NCBI GenBank assembly: GCA_050084515.1
Contig: CM114271.1
Location: 5,270,001 to 5,334,000 of the forward strand
Reading direction: 5' to 3'
Length of the DNA: 64,000 nucleotides
Origin: Blasia pusilla
Taxonomy: Eukaryota
The position numbers and the translations under genes were made by a program. A model generated the notes under the pieces. The model worked only from the letters and a program-made list of their open reading frames with translations. It was not told the DNA's origin and made no database searches. Shown piece after piece: positions 25,310-40,128 of this stretch; the first letter of the stretch is position 1; each line of letters opens with the position of its first letter.

Positions 25310-28300
25310 TTGCAGGATAACATGGACATAAATATATCTCCCAACCCTCTATTGGAACCTCCTGATCGGATGGACCATATACATGTGCATCAAAGTGCTT
25401 TAACCAAAAGAGTCTTGGCCATGCGGAGGATAGAAATTCAAGGGGACTTGCCGCCAGGACCGATATCAGCATTGCGCTTACACTGGGATATTCACAATAT
25501 TGCGTTTATTCCTTGGGAAAGACTGCAAGATTTCATTGAAGGCGAGGGTCATGGAGATGGGATGAATCCCACGAATTCTGGAAAGGAACGTCAAGATGTT
25601 TGAAAGATGCAGGAGAGATCAAACAAGAGGATCCATCATACGATTTCATTAAGACTACCGACATCGAAAACAACTAGCCATAAATATGTAAATATAGTAA
25701 ACTCTCTATATTCTTTTTTTTGTTCTCTTCTCATGTCATGGTTTGATTGTAAGTTATAGTTCGTGTCTTTCTCATTAAACTAATCTTAATTCTTGTATAA
25801 TTTTATTCCATGTCGAATGCCTTCCATATGGGAAAGACATGTGGCATTGATTTTCATTGAAGGCGAGGGTGATGGAGATGGGATGAATCCCATCTCCAGA
25901 TATTTTGTCGGAGCATGGTGTCACATTGAAGATGCGATCTGAGATGGATCCAAATTTCGAAGAAATCATGAAGAGAGATGATTTCTTGCGAATGCATAAT
26001 CTCCTCAATGTGAAGAAAGAGCTAAATATGGAGACCTTTCAATATTGTATGGGTGAAAATGAATCATTTAGACATTTTTTCACCCTTTATCCGGACAAGG
26101 TGTTCTTTTATGAAACATATATAGAGAGTGCGAGGCCCTTCATCTTAGGCTTCCAACGCCAATGGCAATTGCAAACATTGGTCAAGCTTGGACACAATAG
26201 TGTATTAAGTATGGACAGTACATTTGGAACGAATCGAACCAAGTTAAGTTCACTACATGTTATCATGGTGTTTTGAAAAAAAATGTGCATCACTTATTTA
26301 TTAAGCAAAGTCTCAAACATTGTGATAATGGTTTGTTGGGTGTGTGGATTGTATGAGTAGAGTTCCCATTATACACTATTTTGGTATTTGATGAGCATCA
26401 TACCGGGATACCAGTGGCATGGATTTTGACAAGTAGCTCAATAGAGGTACATTTGGTTAGGTGGATGAAGGCAATGGTCGGGAAATGTAAGACAATCTAG
26501 CCGAATTGGGAGCCAAATGCAGTCATTGTGGATGATGCAAATGTAGAGCAAAATGCCTTGAGGTTTTTCCATCCACTTCCTATCCATATTGTATCTTGTT
26601 ATAAATAAGCAACTGAATTCTACTATTTTTACCACATTTACAATTTCGGCATCCACCATGCAGAAATGGAAGGCATTATAGCCATGCAAATTCAATGACG
26701 TTATCTATTTTTCATTCCATGTAGAGAGACATTTGGAGGTGTAAACATCATTTTGTGCCTTTGGCATGTACGACATGATTGGTTGAAGCAATTGAAGCGC
26801 AAGGTCCACTGCCCCATTTTAAGAGCATAAATGTCACAACGCCTTAGAGAAATAATGTATGTCAATCGTTGTGGTACCTATACGAGAGGTGATGTCTTAT
26901 ATGACGCAAGAAATGCCTTGCAACTGTTCTATGCAGACTTCAGCGGAGAAGTTGCTTTTGTGAATTACATCCTGACTTATTGGGAGCCCAAACTAGGCAA
27001 GTTCATTGAACCTCTCATATCTCTTGGATTTTCCCACCACTGGATCTTTAGGTTATGTAATTTACATTAAATATGTGGTGACTCTTGCTGGTTTTTTCTG
27101 CAGAAAAGTGGGTTAGAGCAGCTAGGGACTACCCTCATGCAAACCAAGACACCAATGTTGCTATTGAAGCTTATCACGGAAGCATGAAAGCAATATTAAA
27201 TGATGATAACAAGAGTTTGGCTCGAAGAAGAGGTGACTACCTTGTGTGGAAGCTCCTCGAGTCCATTGAAGCATGGTATTTCCACATACAAATCTTAATA
27301 AAAGAAAGGCTTTGTGCAAAATGCAGCACAGGAGCAATATATCAACAATGCAGTTCTAAAAGGAAAAGCTATCGCGGCCAGTGACGTTGTATTGTCTCAA
27401 ACGAGGGGTAATATACGCATGGCACGAGTAAAGAGCCAGACAGTTCTCAATAAGTGGTATGAAGTCTACAATTATGACACTGAGTGAGGACATTGTGAGT
27501 GTCCATGGTCTCTTAAGGGTAACATTTGTAAGCATATGGTAAGTTTCACTTGATGATTATTCCATGAAGTAATATCCTTTGCTCTTTAATGGTTCAGAAG
27601 AAAATATGAATTATGAAGTAGAAACCGACTGAATGTGGAAGTGGAAAATAGATTCTGCTTTGTTGCAGAAAAGCTTTGATGAGACCGATTTGGTGAGGGT
27701 ATTAGGAACAAGATAGGGTACGACACAAGGAGGAATATGCCATCTACAAATGGTGAGGATCGAATCAGACACTACCTTACGTCCATCATTGGCAAACACC
27801 TTGGATCTCAATGAATTACCAGCAACAGAAGCAGGTATCTTCTCTTGTCAATGAATTCATACTTAGATATTTCCTTGTTGTTGAGGTGTCTTATTTATTT
27901 ATGATATATCCTTTTTAAAGTTATGGCTACTATGTGGTATGTTTTAGAAGGCATTCTAGATGAAGATAGCACCATATTTTCTTCATATATGGAAGATGGA
28001 TATATGGGCACGCTTCTGCACCATCCACCAATTGATGAAAGATCTCCATCGATGTTAATGGGAATACAAGAGAGTTCTTATAGAATTCTTCCAAGTCCAT
28101 CTCCCTCTATGGAGCAGATGGTCATTACTATGGACAAGTTATACAGTGAACTACGCACTAATTATGGAGGAAACCTGCAATTTTTTACATTTGTATGTAA
28201 GATGTTGAGAGAAACCAATGGTAGAATAGAGACAACAAAAGTGACTCACAACAATGGCTTAACACCGCAACCAGGAAATCCGTTTCAGATTTACAGAGAT

Positions 28301-28552
28301 GGATTCATCAATAACAACTCCATCAAACGAATAAAGTCTAGCGTTGAACGATGGTCACAACCTTCTAGAAGAAGTACCCAAATTGCAAGTAGAAGTTCTC
28401 AAATAGATGAGGTCAATAGTTCCTCTTTGCCATGTTTTCCAAAGCCAAAACCCAAGAAGAGAAATTTGGGTCCACAAGAGGAACTAGACAGAGATGCTGC
28501 TATATTCCAGAACAATAATTCACAAAATAGAGGTATGAATGTCCATATATGA
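25310..28552 (+). mobile_element. Decayed Mutator-like (MULE) transposase with SWIM zinc finger, intron-containing
   Basis: FIPWERLQDFIEGE; LSMDSTFGTN (first catalytic D); LVFDEHHTGIPVAWIL; VIVDDA; ILCLWHVR; DTNVAIEAYHGSMK (E); CECPWSLKGNICKH (SWIM). Several stops. Confidence 0.88.
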
Positions 28553-30974
28553 ATGAACTTCATTTTCAGATCTCACCGTATACAGTACGCTTTTGGTGAT
28601 ATCATTGGAGATTTTGAATAAGGATGCAATCCTTCATCCTCCAATACATTTTGATCAATGCAAAATCCTTGATACAGTTTCTGCCATGTGGTATGGTGTT
28701 TATTAGTATTTCATTGATTGTGTTATTGCATCTTCATATAAATTTCTCTCCCTATATTAGTTGGTGATCCTTCCTTGCTCTTTTTTCCCCACCATGTAAT
28801 TGAAATAATGAACAACTCTTCACTTTCTTCGGAAGGAAACGACTGCACTTTGAGCAAAGAATGAAATACATGAGAGATAAACGTGACATAATATATATTT
28901 CAATACTAACGCATATGTCCGGTACTGATAAAGAAATCCAGAATGGTTACCTAAAATGTGATCGGAAGGCATTCTATCAAAAGACCACGCATTCCCGTTA
29001 GACTTGCGTTCATTGAAAAAATGAACAACTCTTTAACTTTGAGTACTAGCTTCCATGTGTGGTAATGAATAAACATACCGGAATGCTTGCCACAAATACA
29101 ATCAGAAGGCATCCTATCACACTACCATGCGATCCCAAGCGTCAACTTGTGTGTGCGCCTACGTGACGCCTAGTGTTTCTTCCCTTCAGACCTGAACTAT
29201 GTTTCCAAACTTTTAGGAGCCTCCGCGGACCCCTCTGCGCCCACACGGATGCGATTGAGGATTGTAGGGTGCACGTAATGAGGCAAGTCATCGTGGTTGG
29301 ATTCTGTGGCGTTTAAGAAGTGTGCGTGAGAATGATAGAGGGACTGCTTACCACTGACTATCAAAATTGTGAAAACAATCTCATTCTTAAATGTTTCCTT
29401 GTGGGCATTGCAATACAGGGATTTGCATATGACAGCAAGAGAGTTTGTTTAGAGGGCACCTACAATATGGAGAAGTGGCTATTGGGTGCCATCACAACTG
29501 TGCATCAAGAGCCATCGAGAGTATTCAGTCTTCTAAGATTTTATGCCCATGGAAAGTTCAGATGCTGTAAGGAAGAGAAGCCGAAAAGAAAGCTTGGAAT
29601 TTCGGAAGAGAACTCCACAAGATGTAAGCCACAAAGAAGGCGATACAATTGTGATATTGGTCGAAGGGAGTGGAAACGCTCACAAAGGTCCAAGGATAGT
29701 AGTTCCAAATGTCCAATGTATACAACAGATGCATCTTTGTTGGACATGAATAAGCACTTTGGCGAGACTTTCATCAAGGTTTTTATGGGCCCTGTAGGGA
29801 AGGGTATAACCAATTCTGAGCAGAAAACGTTGGCTAAGTTTTTGGCTTTATCAAATAGCTTGAAAGAAATCTCAAATGTTTGCAATAGTATGGATTCAAT
29901 CGTGAATGAATTGCAGACCTCATTCAACACGCTGTAGGTTCTTCTCCATTAGCTTCAAAGTATGCCTCTCGAGGAAACTTTTCATGGCTTTCCTGAGGTT
30001 GTACAAATTTTTTTTTGCAAAGGACATTCCATGATGGGACAGATGGACGTTTTAGGATTGATGGTAGCGAAAAATGATGTTTTGCGGTATTTAGATGATA
30101 ACAAGAGTGCATGGGAATTCTTGCACGCTCAAATCACATTGGATCTTTTGCCAAAAAAGCTGAGGGAGCTTATCCATTGGAACTCTTCATTCAAATATAA
30201 AGGAAGACATGATAGTTAAGTATGACCATGACCCATGGAAATTTGTTTTTCTGTTATAAGAAAGTTTCTTTTTCTGTTATAATAAAGTCTTACTTCACTT
30301 ATTTGGATTCATTATTGTTAAGGTTGGTCCATAGCTGTAAGTAGCAGGTATGGAGTAATTGCTCATGGATAGTAACATGGATTTTCTTTGTGTTTTGTTC
30401 TAGTAACATGAAGGAAATAAATTTGTCAGGCATTGTTATATAATATTGTAGAATATTGCTGGAATACGACCCTTGTCATTCTGAAAGACAGATTGCAAGA
30501 GCTTTGTTGGTTGATAATTTTTAGAATGCTTTCCATCTACATATTGTATAATACAACCAATTCAGAAAGCTAGAATGCTTTCAATATTCTCCGTCTTACT
30601 CTTCAATCCCTTCGCACCCTATTTGGTTTGTAACAGTGGATACCCACTTCGGTATAAGTACTCCAAGTAAGACTATGGTTGATAGTAGAATGCTTCTTGT
30701 AAGGCCCTTCTAACGTAGTATATGGGAAAGGGAAGAAACCTTTCTATTTGCCAGCAAATAACAATAATATATGAACGTTAGCTTTTGAAACATAACATAT
30801 TTTATTTGAAAAAAATTCTTCCATAATGATCATATGGGCAAGGTGGAATGCTTTCCATTTTCTTCCAAATAATGTTCAGACACGGTTGTATGAAACAGTT
30901 ATGATAACAATAAAAAATTGGAAGTTACAAAAATAAAAAAGAATATGCCTTTCTTTTTGTATCCCCATAAAGTT

Positions 30975-32713
30975 TTCCCATTTCAACTCATAATAAATGT
31001 TTTCCAAATGAAGAAATTCACGAAGTATGGAAAGGTTTTTTTTTCAAGTCTTCTTTACTAACGAAAGGAATTCTATTTATATGAGTTTTGTACACTTGGC
31101 TCCCCCTACATGCAGATTGCATTCCGCCACTTAACCCTGATAAATGTAAGTTATTATGCACTCGTCTAAAAATGGAAGGTCGTCATACCTTTAACCAATA
31201 TAGATTATATGTGGTAGTCATTGTTTTTAAGATACATGAGAAAATGTTTGAATTATCATAATGTTGTCCGTTAAGCTTATGAAGGAATGAAGAATATTAA
31301 ATTTTGATCTATTCAATGGAAGCAATTCCAAATTGTGGGCTTTTAATTTCCTATATTCTACAATTTATTACGCTAATATTATATAACCAAGTAATAAGGG
31401 GAGAATAAAAGCAATCTAAAAATTTGCAGAAGCAGCAAATAATTTTAGACGAGACAAGGATAGTTTGACTTGATCCTTTTAGTATATGTTATCGTGCGCA
31501 TACACATCGCTACACAAATGGCTCTTCCCCCAAATATAGCCTCCAAATGATAACGTGTGTGTACAAGTTACCTTGTGATGGTTGACTCGGTCAACAAGTG
31601 ACTTGGGGAAAGTAAAATGCACATTATCTACCGGTAGGCTAACTAAGATGTGACAATGTCTATTGTAATGTTTAACAATGTTGGCTCAAAATGCGATTAA
31701 TCATATTGGTTGAGAATGCCATGAGGGGAGTTTGAAAAAGTAAGAGGAACACTCCAATACTAGTGTGTATTTCAAAGTTTAGGTAATTATAATATCGATT
31801 CCATATATGAATTTATATTATGAAACCTTTCTAAACTATAAGACTTGTAAGTTCTCTATAAGATATATAAAGACAATCATGATATTCTTTCTCCCTACCA
31901 AATATGATATGATTAACATATTGTTGACATATTTTGAACGGAAAAAGTGATTTTCTTTTCTTGGTTGAGACTCCTAGGAAAAAGAAACGACGATATCATA
32001 TTTTCCCAATTAATATGCAATTAAAATAATTATTGAAGTATTGATATGTTTTTGGGTTCAAATTTTTAACATAAAAAATATAGTATGTAGTGATAGGAGT
32101 GAAATTTTGGATATTAAATTGGTGTTTCCACAAACTTTGAATTTACTTCTATCAATCCCATTTCAAACAAAGTTTTCAAATAAGATATTCAAATGAAATT
32201 CCACCCACAAAATTTTGAAAATATCCAAGATATATAAAACTAGAATTTTGGGGTTTTTTTAAAGCATGCATCTCATTGGCATAACAACTACTTAAAGTAA
32301 TTAAACAATATACTGCAAACTTGTAAGATGTTACATTTCAAAGTCCTATAGTTCCAAAAGGTTTCATAATTTAAATTCATATATGAAACCGATATTATAA
32401 TTACTCGCATTTTGAACCAACACTAGTAAATATTACAACAGACATTGTCACATCTTCGTTAGCCTATTGATAGATAACATGCATTTTACTTTCCCCAAGT
32501 GATCGGTTGACCGAGTCAACGATCATCAGGCAACCTATATGCACACGTTATCATTTGGAGGCTACTTTTGGGGGAAGAGCCATAATACCTTTCGTTAGTA
32601 AAGGTATTATAATAATAATACCTTTCATTAGTAAAGAAAACTTAAACAAAATGGCTTCCTATACTCCTTGAATTTTGCAATTAGCAAACATTTATTATGA
32701 GTTGAAATAGGAA
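30975..32713. repeat. Long imperfect inverted repeat (foldback)
   Basis: 31518-31850 is the reverse complement of ~32330-32583; 30975-31068 pairs with 32588-32713. Confidence 0.85.
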
Positions 32714-33214
32714 ATCTATTGGTACATATGACACAACATGACAATCATGGCATGAGTATTTACTCTATAGATGAAAAAGAATACACTAAAAAATAAATTT
32801 ATGATAAACACAATTTATGCTTATGAAGAATCAGCCAAAAAAACTGCTTCCACAAACTTTGAATTTACTTCCATCAAGCCCATTTCAAACAAATTTTGAG
32901 CTCAAAGGCTAGGTTTGAAATCAAGTATACAACCAAGAATCATTTTGGTGACCAATCCTTTATATTTTGCCACCTTCTCTCCTCCTTCTCAACTTTCTTC
33001 ATATATGCTGCTAACCGTTCTTCACATTGAAGGTTTTCAACATAAGCCATCCATTCTGCCCTATCTTTCTCCTCTTGTTCAGGGATAACACATTTGATGT
33101 AGAACTTATCCCTTTCCTCTGCACGTTTTTTTAATTTTGCTTCCTCTTGTGAAATTTTTTCCAACTCTAATTCTTCCTCTAATTTAGCTTTCCTAACTTT
33201 CACCCTTCGTCCTG

Positions 33215-36200
33215 ACAGACGTCTCCACCCGCATTCTCCAAGATTGGCATGATTTTCAATGATTCAGTGGCGTCCGGCTAGTTCATAACATTGGGAGGCA
33301 TTCTGGCATCGCTTTGCAAAAGAGAACTTGCGCCAATATGATCTAAAACGGTTGACGTACTCAAGTGGGGACTAGCATGAAGGGCAAGACAATGGCGTTC
33401 GCTCAGTTGGCGGTCAAGGGCGTTCTGGAAATGGAGTTCATTTATTTGATAAGCACGAAAAGCATTCTGGCATCCCTCCGCAAGAGAGAAATTGCAAAAT
33501 CACTCATAGATATTGATTCAGCCTCTACCATTGATCATCCTAAACTCCCACATGTTGAAATTTATATTATGTATATACGGTTGTCATATTTCTTGACAGA
33601 CGTCTCCACCCGGATTCTCCAAGATTGGCATGATGTTCAATGAATCAGTGGCGTCCAGCCAATTCATTATATCGGAAGGCATTCTGGACATCCTCAAAGG
33701 GGGGCCAACATGAACGTCCTCAAAGGGGGACTAGCATGAAGACCAAGACAATGGCGTTCGTTGAGTTGGCGGTCAAGAGCCTTTTGGAAATGGTGTTTGC
33801 TTATTTGATAAGAACGAAAAGCATTCTGGCATCGCTCCGCAACAGAGAAATTGCGAAATCACGCGTAGGTATTGATTCAACCTCTACCATTGATCATCCT
33901 CAACTCCTACATATTGAAATGTATATTCTATACATACGATTGTCATATTTCTTGAAAGACGTCTCCATCCGAATTCTCCAAGATTGGCATGATGTTCAAT
34001 GAATCAGTGGCGTCCGGCCAGTTCATTACATCGGAAGGCATTCTGCCATCGCTCCGCAAACAAGAAATCGCGTCAATACGATCTACAACGGTGGATATCC
34101 TCAAGGGGGGACCAGCATGAAGAGCAAGACAATGGCGTTCGCTCAGTTGGCCGTCAAGCACGTTCTGGCAATGGCATTCGCTTATTTGATAATAACGAAA
34201 AGCATTTTGGCATCACTCCACAAGAGAGAAATGGTGAAATCACGCGTAGGTATTGATTCAGCCTCTACCATTGATCATCCTAAACTCCTACATATTGAAA
34301 TGTATATTCTATACATATGGTTATCATATTTCTTGAAAGACGTCTCCACCCGCATTCTCTAAGATTGGCATGATGTTCAATGAATCAGTGGCGTCCGGCC
34401 AATTCATTATATCAGAAGGCATTCTAGACATTCTCAAAGGGGGACCAGCATGAACGTCCTCAAAGGGAGACCAACACGAAGAGCAAGACAATGGTGTTTG
34501 CTCAGTTGGCGGTCAAGCGCGTTCTGGCAATGGCGTTCGCTTATTTTGATACGAACGAAAAGCATTATGGCATCCCTTCGCAAGAGAGAAATGGTGAAAT
34601 CCCGCGTAGGTATTGATTCAGCCTCTACCATTGATCATCCTAAACTCCTACATATTGAAATGTATATTCTATACATACGATTGTCATATTTCTTGAAAGA
34701 CGTCTCCACCCGCATTCTCCAAGATTGGCATGATGTTCAATGAATTAGTGGCGTCCGGCTAGTTCATTACATCGGAAGGCATTATGTTATCGCTCCGCAA
34801 ACGAGAATCGCGCCAATACGATCTACAACGGTGGACATCCTCAAGGGGGGACCAGCATGAAGAGCAAGACAATGGCGTTCGCTCAAATGGCGGTCAAGCG
34901 CGTTCTGGCAATGGCGTTCGTTTATTTGATAAGAACGAAAAGCATTCTGGCATCGCTCAGTAACAGAGAAATTGCGAAATCACGCATAAGTATTGTTTCA
35001 GCCTCTACCATTGATCATCCTCAACTCCTACATATTGAAATGTATATTCTATACATACGGTTGTCATATTTCTTGAGAGACGTCTTCACCCGGATTCTCC
35101 AAGATTGCCATGATGTTCAATGAATCAATGGCGTCCGGCCAGTTCATTACATCAGAAGGCATTCTGCCATCGCTCCGCAAACGAGAAATCGCGCCAATAC
35201 AATCTACAATGGTGGACATCCTCAAGGGGGGACCAGCATGAAGAGCAAAACAATGGGGTCGCAATAAGACCACAAAGGCAAGCATATACATTTGCCACAA
35301 ATAGTGAAGTCACAAAATGCTTTGGAGGACACATTGATGATATAGATAGCTCTTGATTCAGAATCTATAGTTGAGGCCCCTACCATTGAATCATCGTTCA
35401 TCTTAAACTCCTACATATTGAAATTTATATTCTAGATATATACCTTCCATATTTCTTCACAGATATCTCTACCCGGATTCTCAAAAATTAGCATGCTATT
35501 CAATGAATCAACGGCGTTTGCTCAGTTGATAAGATCGAAAAGTATTTTGGCATCGCTCCACAACAGAGAAATTGGGAAATCATGCATAGGCATTAATTCA
35601 GCCTCTACCATTGATCATACTCAACTCCTACATATTGGAATGTATATTCTATATATACAGTTGTCATATTTCTTGAAAGACGTCTCCACCCGGATTCTCG
35701 AAGATTGGCATGATGTTCAATGAATCAGTGGCGTCCGGCCAGTTAATTACATCGGAAGGCATTTCGCATCGCTCATAACGAAAAATTGCCGCCAATACGA
35801 TCTACAATGGTGGACGTCCTCAAGGGGGAACCAACATGAAGAGCAAGACAATGGGGTCGCAATAAGTCCATAAAAGCAAGCATATACATTTGCCACAAAT
35901 AGTGAAGTCACGAAATGCTTTGGAGGACAGATTGATGATACAGATAGCTCTTGATTCAGGATCTATCGTTGAGGCCTCTACCATTGAATCATCAATCATC
36001 TTAAACTCCTACATATTGAAATATTTATTCTAGATAAATAACTTTCACATTTCTTGACATACATCTCTACCCGGATTCTCAAAGATTACCATGTTGTTCA
36101 ATGAATCAATGGCGTTCGCTCAGTTGATTAGATCGAAAAGCATTTTGGCATCGCTCCGCAAGAGAGAAATTGCGCCTGCACAAATACGTTCCACAATAGT

Positions 36201-36235
36201 GGATGGCCTCAAGGGGTAAGCAGCATGAAGAGCAA
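33215..36235. repeat. Satellite array with ~360/381-bp monomers and higher-order structure
   Basis: GTCTCCACCC(G/C)GATTCTC anchor at 33221, 33602, 33961, 34342, 34702, 35082, 35465, 35682 and 36063. Confidence 0.95.
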
Positions 36236-39200
36236 TTCCGTCCTTAGTAATGATTGTGGACAGACTTGCTGCTACAACGTCAGCCCTGCACTTGGGTAAC
36301 AACCGATCTCACCAAGTCTTGCCTCGTTTGCCCCACATTGATGCGCTAGACATTCTTGCATGTGTCTATATTTGCAACATACATTATAGTCCATCATGCT
36401 TGTGGCTCACCTTGAAAATTTGCACTTCCCAGACACCTGAGCAACAGTGATGCCTACTCAAGTACTGTGTCATGTTTGGCTCTGTTTCTTTTCAGTACTA
36501 GTTGATCGCATCAGGTCTATTTTGCAAAGAGGTGAGTTAAGGCTATGGAATTTTTTCCTGACCACCAGCTTGTATTTCTTGTGATGTTCGATCAAGACCA
36601 ATCACTTTATCGAGCTTTTCCCACATGACCAGTAGTAGTTTGGACGAGGCTATTCTTATGCTGTGACTACTGTTATTTGTGGAAAAACCTATGCTCGTGC
36701 TGTTATTGACGGTGGGTACAGAGTAGGTCTATCCAAGGATTCAGTGCTGTAACAATGCAATCTTTGTCTAGTTGTGCAGAGGCATGCGTCGTAGCTATGG
36801 TGTTGGCGGTTCACCCGTAAGCCCTGTCATGTTTTGATTCGACAACTTGCACTAGAATAGGGTACCGATGCACATCAAAAGCTGTGGTCGCGATTATGTA
36901 CATGGGGATTTGAGCAACTGCCCGCATACAGGTCAGCAGAACTCGGGAGCCCACGAATAGTTTTGATGTTAGTAGAAAGCCATGTAGGTAAGCTGTTGGG
37001 AGTTGCAATGCAGACCGTTCATGTATTAGCAAGAATGGAATAGGTTTCTACATTGGGAGGGATCTTCGGTCAAGCACAAATCCCCTGTTTGATAATTCAT
37101 GGATTTGAATATGGAGCATATTAGTTCAGATCTTCTCCACTCTAGCTTGACTATCCAGTAGAATAGCCGCTTTATGCGTAACTTAACTTTAGCTCATGAT
37201 GTTACAGTTATGGTAAAGACTTGTCTCATCAGCAAACTTTGAGGAGTGTGCACTTCGTGTGTAAGTTATTGGGGGTTGCAATGCAGACCGTTCTTGTATT
37301 AGCAAGGACATAACAAGTTTCTATATTGGGAGGGGTCTTTGCTCAAGCACTGAGGCGCCTGTTTGACAACTTCATGGGTTTGAATCTGTAAAACATTAGT
37401 CAGCTATTGTTTCTAGATAATAGAGTGATGTGAAGCGTAGGTTTTTGGGTGCTGTAGGCACTATAGAGCTACATGACTTAATTGCAGAGTTTAGGAGTTG
37501 GTGTGACTCATAGCGGGCTAGGAACTCGAGAGAGTTCAACCCGTTTACAATATGGAACGGTATGTTCCAGCATTTAGAGGGGGCGCCCATGGACGATTGC
37601 CATGAGTTCTCCCACAAATATGCCCAAGAGATTGAGGCATGGCGACTCTACTATGACCCACACTATGTGTCATGGACGGAGCCGTTCCCAGATGAGGAGG
37701 AGGAGTCGGGAGAGGCTACTTCCTCTTCCACTAGTGATGTTTTAGAAGGGGTCAATCGCACTGGAGCAGTTGCACCATCTAGTCGGGTTCGTCCCACGTT
37801 CAACCCCGTGGTTGAGTTCTTTGCTGAGTTGAGGGCGAGCTACCAAGGGGTACGGACGGAGAAGTTGTAGAGCATCCACAACTTCCAAAGGCGCCAAGGT
37901 GAGAGTTTGCGTGAGGCTTACACTCGCTTGCGCCGATTGATCAACGCCACTCAGGGACTGATGGAGGCTCAGGATATCCAATCATGGTACACGATGCTAA
38001 ACCGGACCCTACGGATACGGGTGAGGGAGGGATGCTTCTTATGAATACCTCCCCTATGTTGAGAGATGTTTTTAGGATGACCGAGAAAAATGAGCGCAAC
38101 ATGACGGAGGAGAGCGTAGCCACCATGGGTTCTGGGCGAGAGCAGTCACGATTGTCTGCACTACCAGTGTAGCAACGTGGACTCCGAGATAGGTCGACTG
38201 TGGCACCACGAGCTCAAGGAGGATATTGAGAGGCACTGCCACAGATACCTACGCCTTCATATGCGGCTCAGTAGCAGCCGCCTATGATTACTTGTTGGTC
38301 ATGTGGTGGAGCTCATCATCAGCGTGATTGCACTCGTGAGGGTCATGGACGCGTGCCTCAGTATGGGGGAGGAGATGGTGCTGCATTAGGAGGTTATCAG
38401 TGTGACTATTATCATAGGTATGGTCACACACGCGCCAAGTGTTTCAGTTTACACCATGAGTTACGTCCGGACTGAGGGCCAGAGAGGGCACCAGAGCGAG
38501 TAGCCGGTCTGGGTGGGCTATAGATCGTGCACCTGGTGGTCCCATTGGAGGAAGAGGAGTTGGAGTTACCCGACAGGATGGTGGAGCTGCCCGTGGAGGA
38601 GGTAGATTCCCACCACCTGGACGCGTAAAGGGAGATGCCAAGCGTGAGGCTGGGATGGGATGGCCGCTTTGATACAATAGCTACAAGAGCAGATTGCCGT
38701 TATGGCATTGAGGCTATCCAATGCCGGATCCGTGGCATCGACATCATATGGATCAGCCAGAGATATGGAGGATCCTGGTTGGATATGTGGGATTGCCCAG
38801 ATGGAGGCCGCCGTAGTTGTGGCACGTGGAGCAGCCGTAGAGTTGGATCCACAGCGAGGGGAAGCCAGGAAATAGACCAGGCTTCCTCAGTCTTTCACGT
38901 TGTCCAAGGTGATGAGGATTCCATCGTTGGGTCATGATTAGAGTTCCTAGAGAGTTGGTGATGTTATTGGTGTGCAAGCATAGAGGGTAATGGGAGAAAC
39001 GAGTGTGACAACTCCTATTGTTGATGCTCAGTAGGAGCATGTATCGAGTACGATGTTGGGGGCGGCCATAATGGTCTACCGTGCTCCGCTATTTTCTACT
39101 TCCGATGTTTTGACATTGGGAGGTACTCCTGCCAAGGTATTCCACCTAGCCATTACGCAATGTGAGTGTGGAGTTGGAGTTCTTGCATCATATTCAAAGG

Positions 39201-40128
39201 TGATTGCAGAGGAGGTGATGGACCTGCCTTTGAGCTGATGCTCGGGCCGTCCACGCTAGATTCATGGCAGGCTCCAATTGCTCAGATGGTGGAGATGCCC
39301 GCGATAGAGCGTGCCATGGCTTCTCCTGATGTTGTGTTGCTGGATAATTGGGGAGAGGTCTTCCAGTTGGTGAGTCCTAGAGGTCAAGATTTTAGTCCGC
39401 AACGCGTCTTGTTGGATTCATGAGCGCAACCCTTGATGTTGGGGAAAGCGTCATTCAGAGGATTGGGCTTCACAAGAGCCGATGTGGAGCGTTTTCCATT
39501 CCGGATACAGACATCCTTGGGTGGAGCAAGTACCACACATTATATCACCCGACAAGAGGTCGTGGTGAGGATTCGCCCGGGACATCCTATAGATGAGTCT
39601 GTGGTGGGAGCCAAGGCGATAGTGACTGATGCAGAGTCCTACGACGTCTTGGTTGGTGGAGCAGTGTTATACATGATGGGTTTTTCCCTAGATTATTGGG
39701 AGGAGTCACCATCCTACAGACCAGGATGGCAGTAAGGTGATGGGCGCCTTAGCTCATTACCCGTTCGATTTACAAGTGTAATGATCGAGCGACGGCCACG
39801 AGAGATGGCGACCTTAGCAGCATTTAGCAATGCCATCACTTGGCCTAGCGATTTGATTGAGGGACATGTCCATGCAAAGAATACTCCCGTTCTTGACATT
39901 TCTATGGAGAGGAGTGTCATGTTAGCCGCATCAATCCGTGGAGGAGAGATATCGTTTTGGGGCTCGACTGAGGAGCTTCGACGCTTAGCCACTGAGCATA
40001 TGCATATTGCGTGGAGCGAGATGTTTGCACCAGAGTGTGACGGGTCAGAAGAACCCCAAGTAGGCAAGAATGCTGCTATGACCCCTTTGGACATCATCCC
40101 GATTATGTGGTGCATCCCAGAGGAGGGT

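Noticed and set aside
29320-30219. Protein-like ORFs downstream of the MULE transposase
   Set aside because: Possibly a decayed accessory gene, but no recognisable motif supports a call
33365-35723. Repeated ~90-120 aa ORFs (..STIDHPKLLHIEMYILY..)
   Set aside because: They follow satellite monomers, with inconsistent frames and stops; no evidence of coding function
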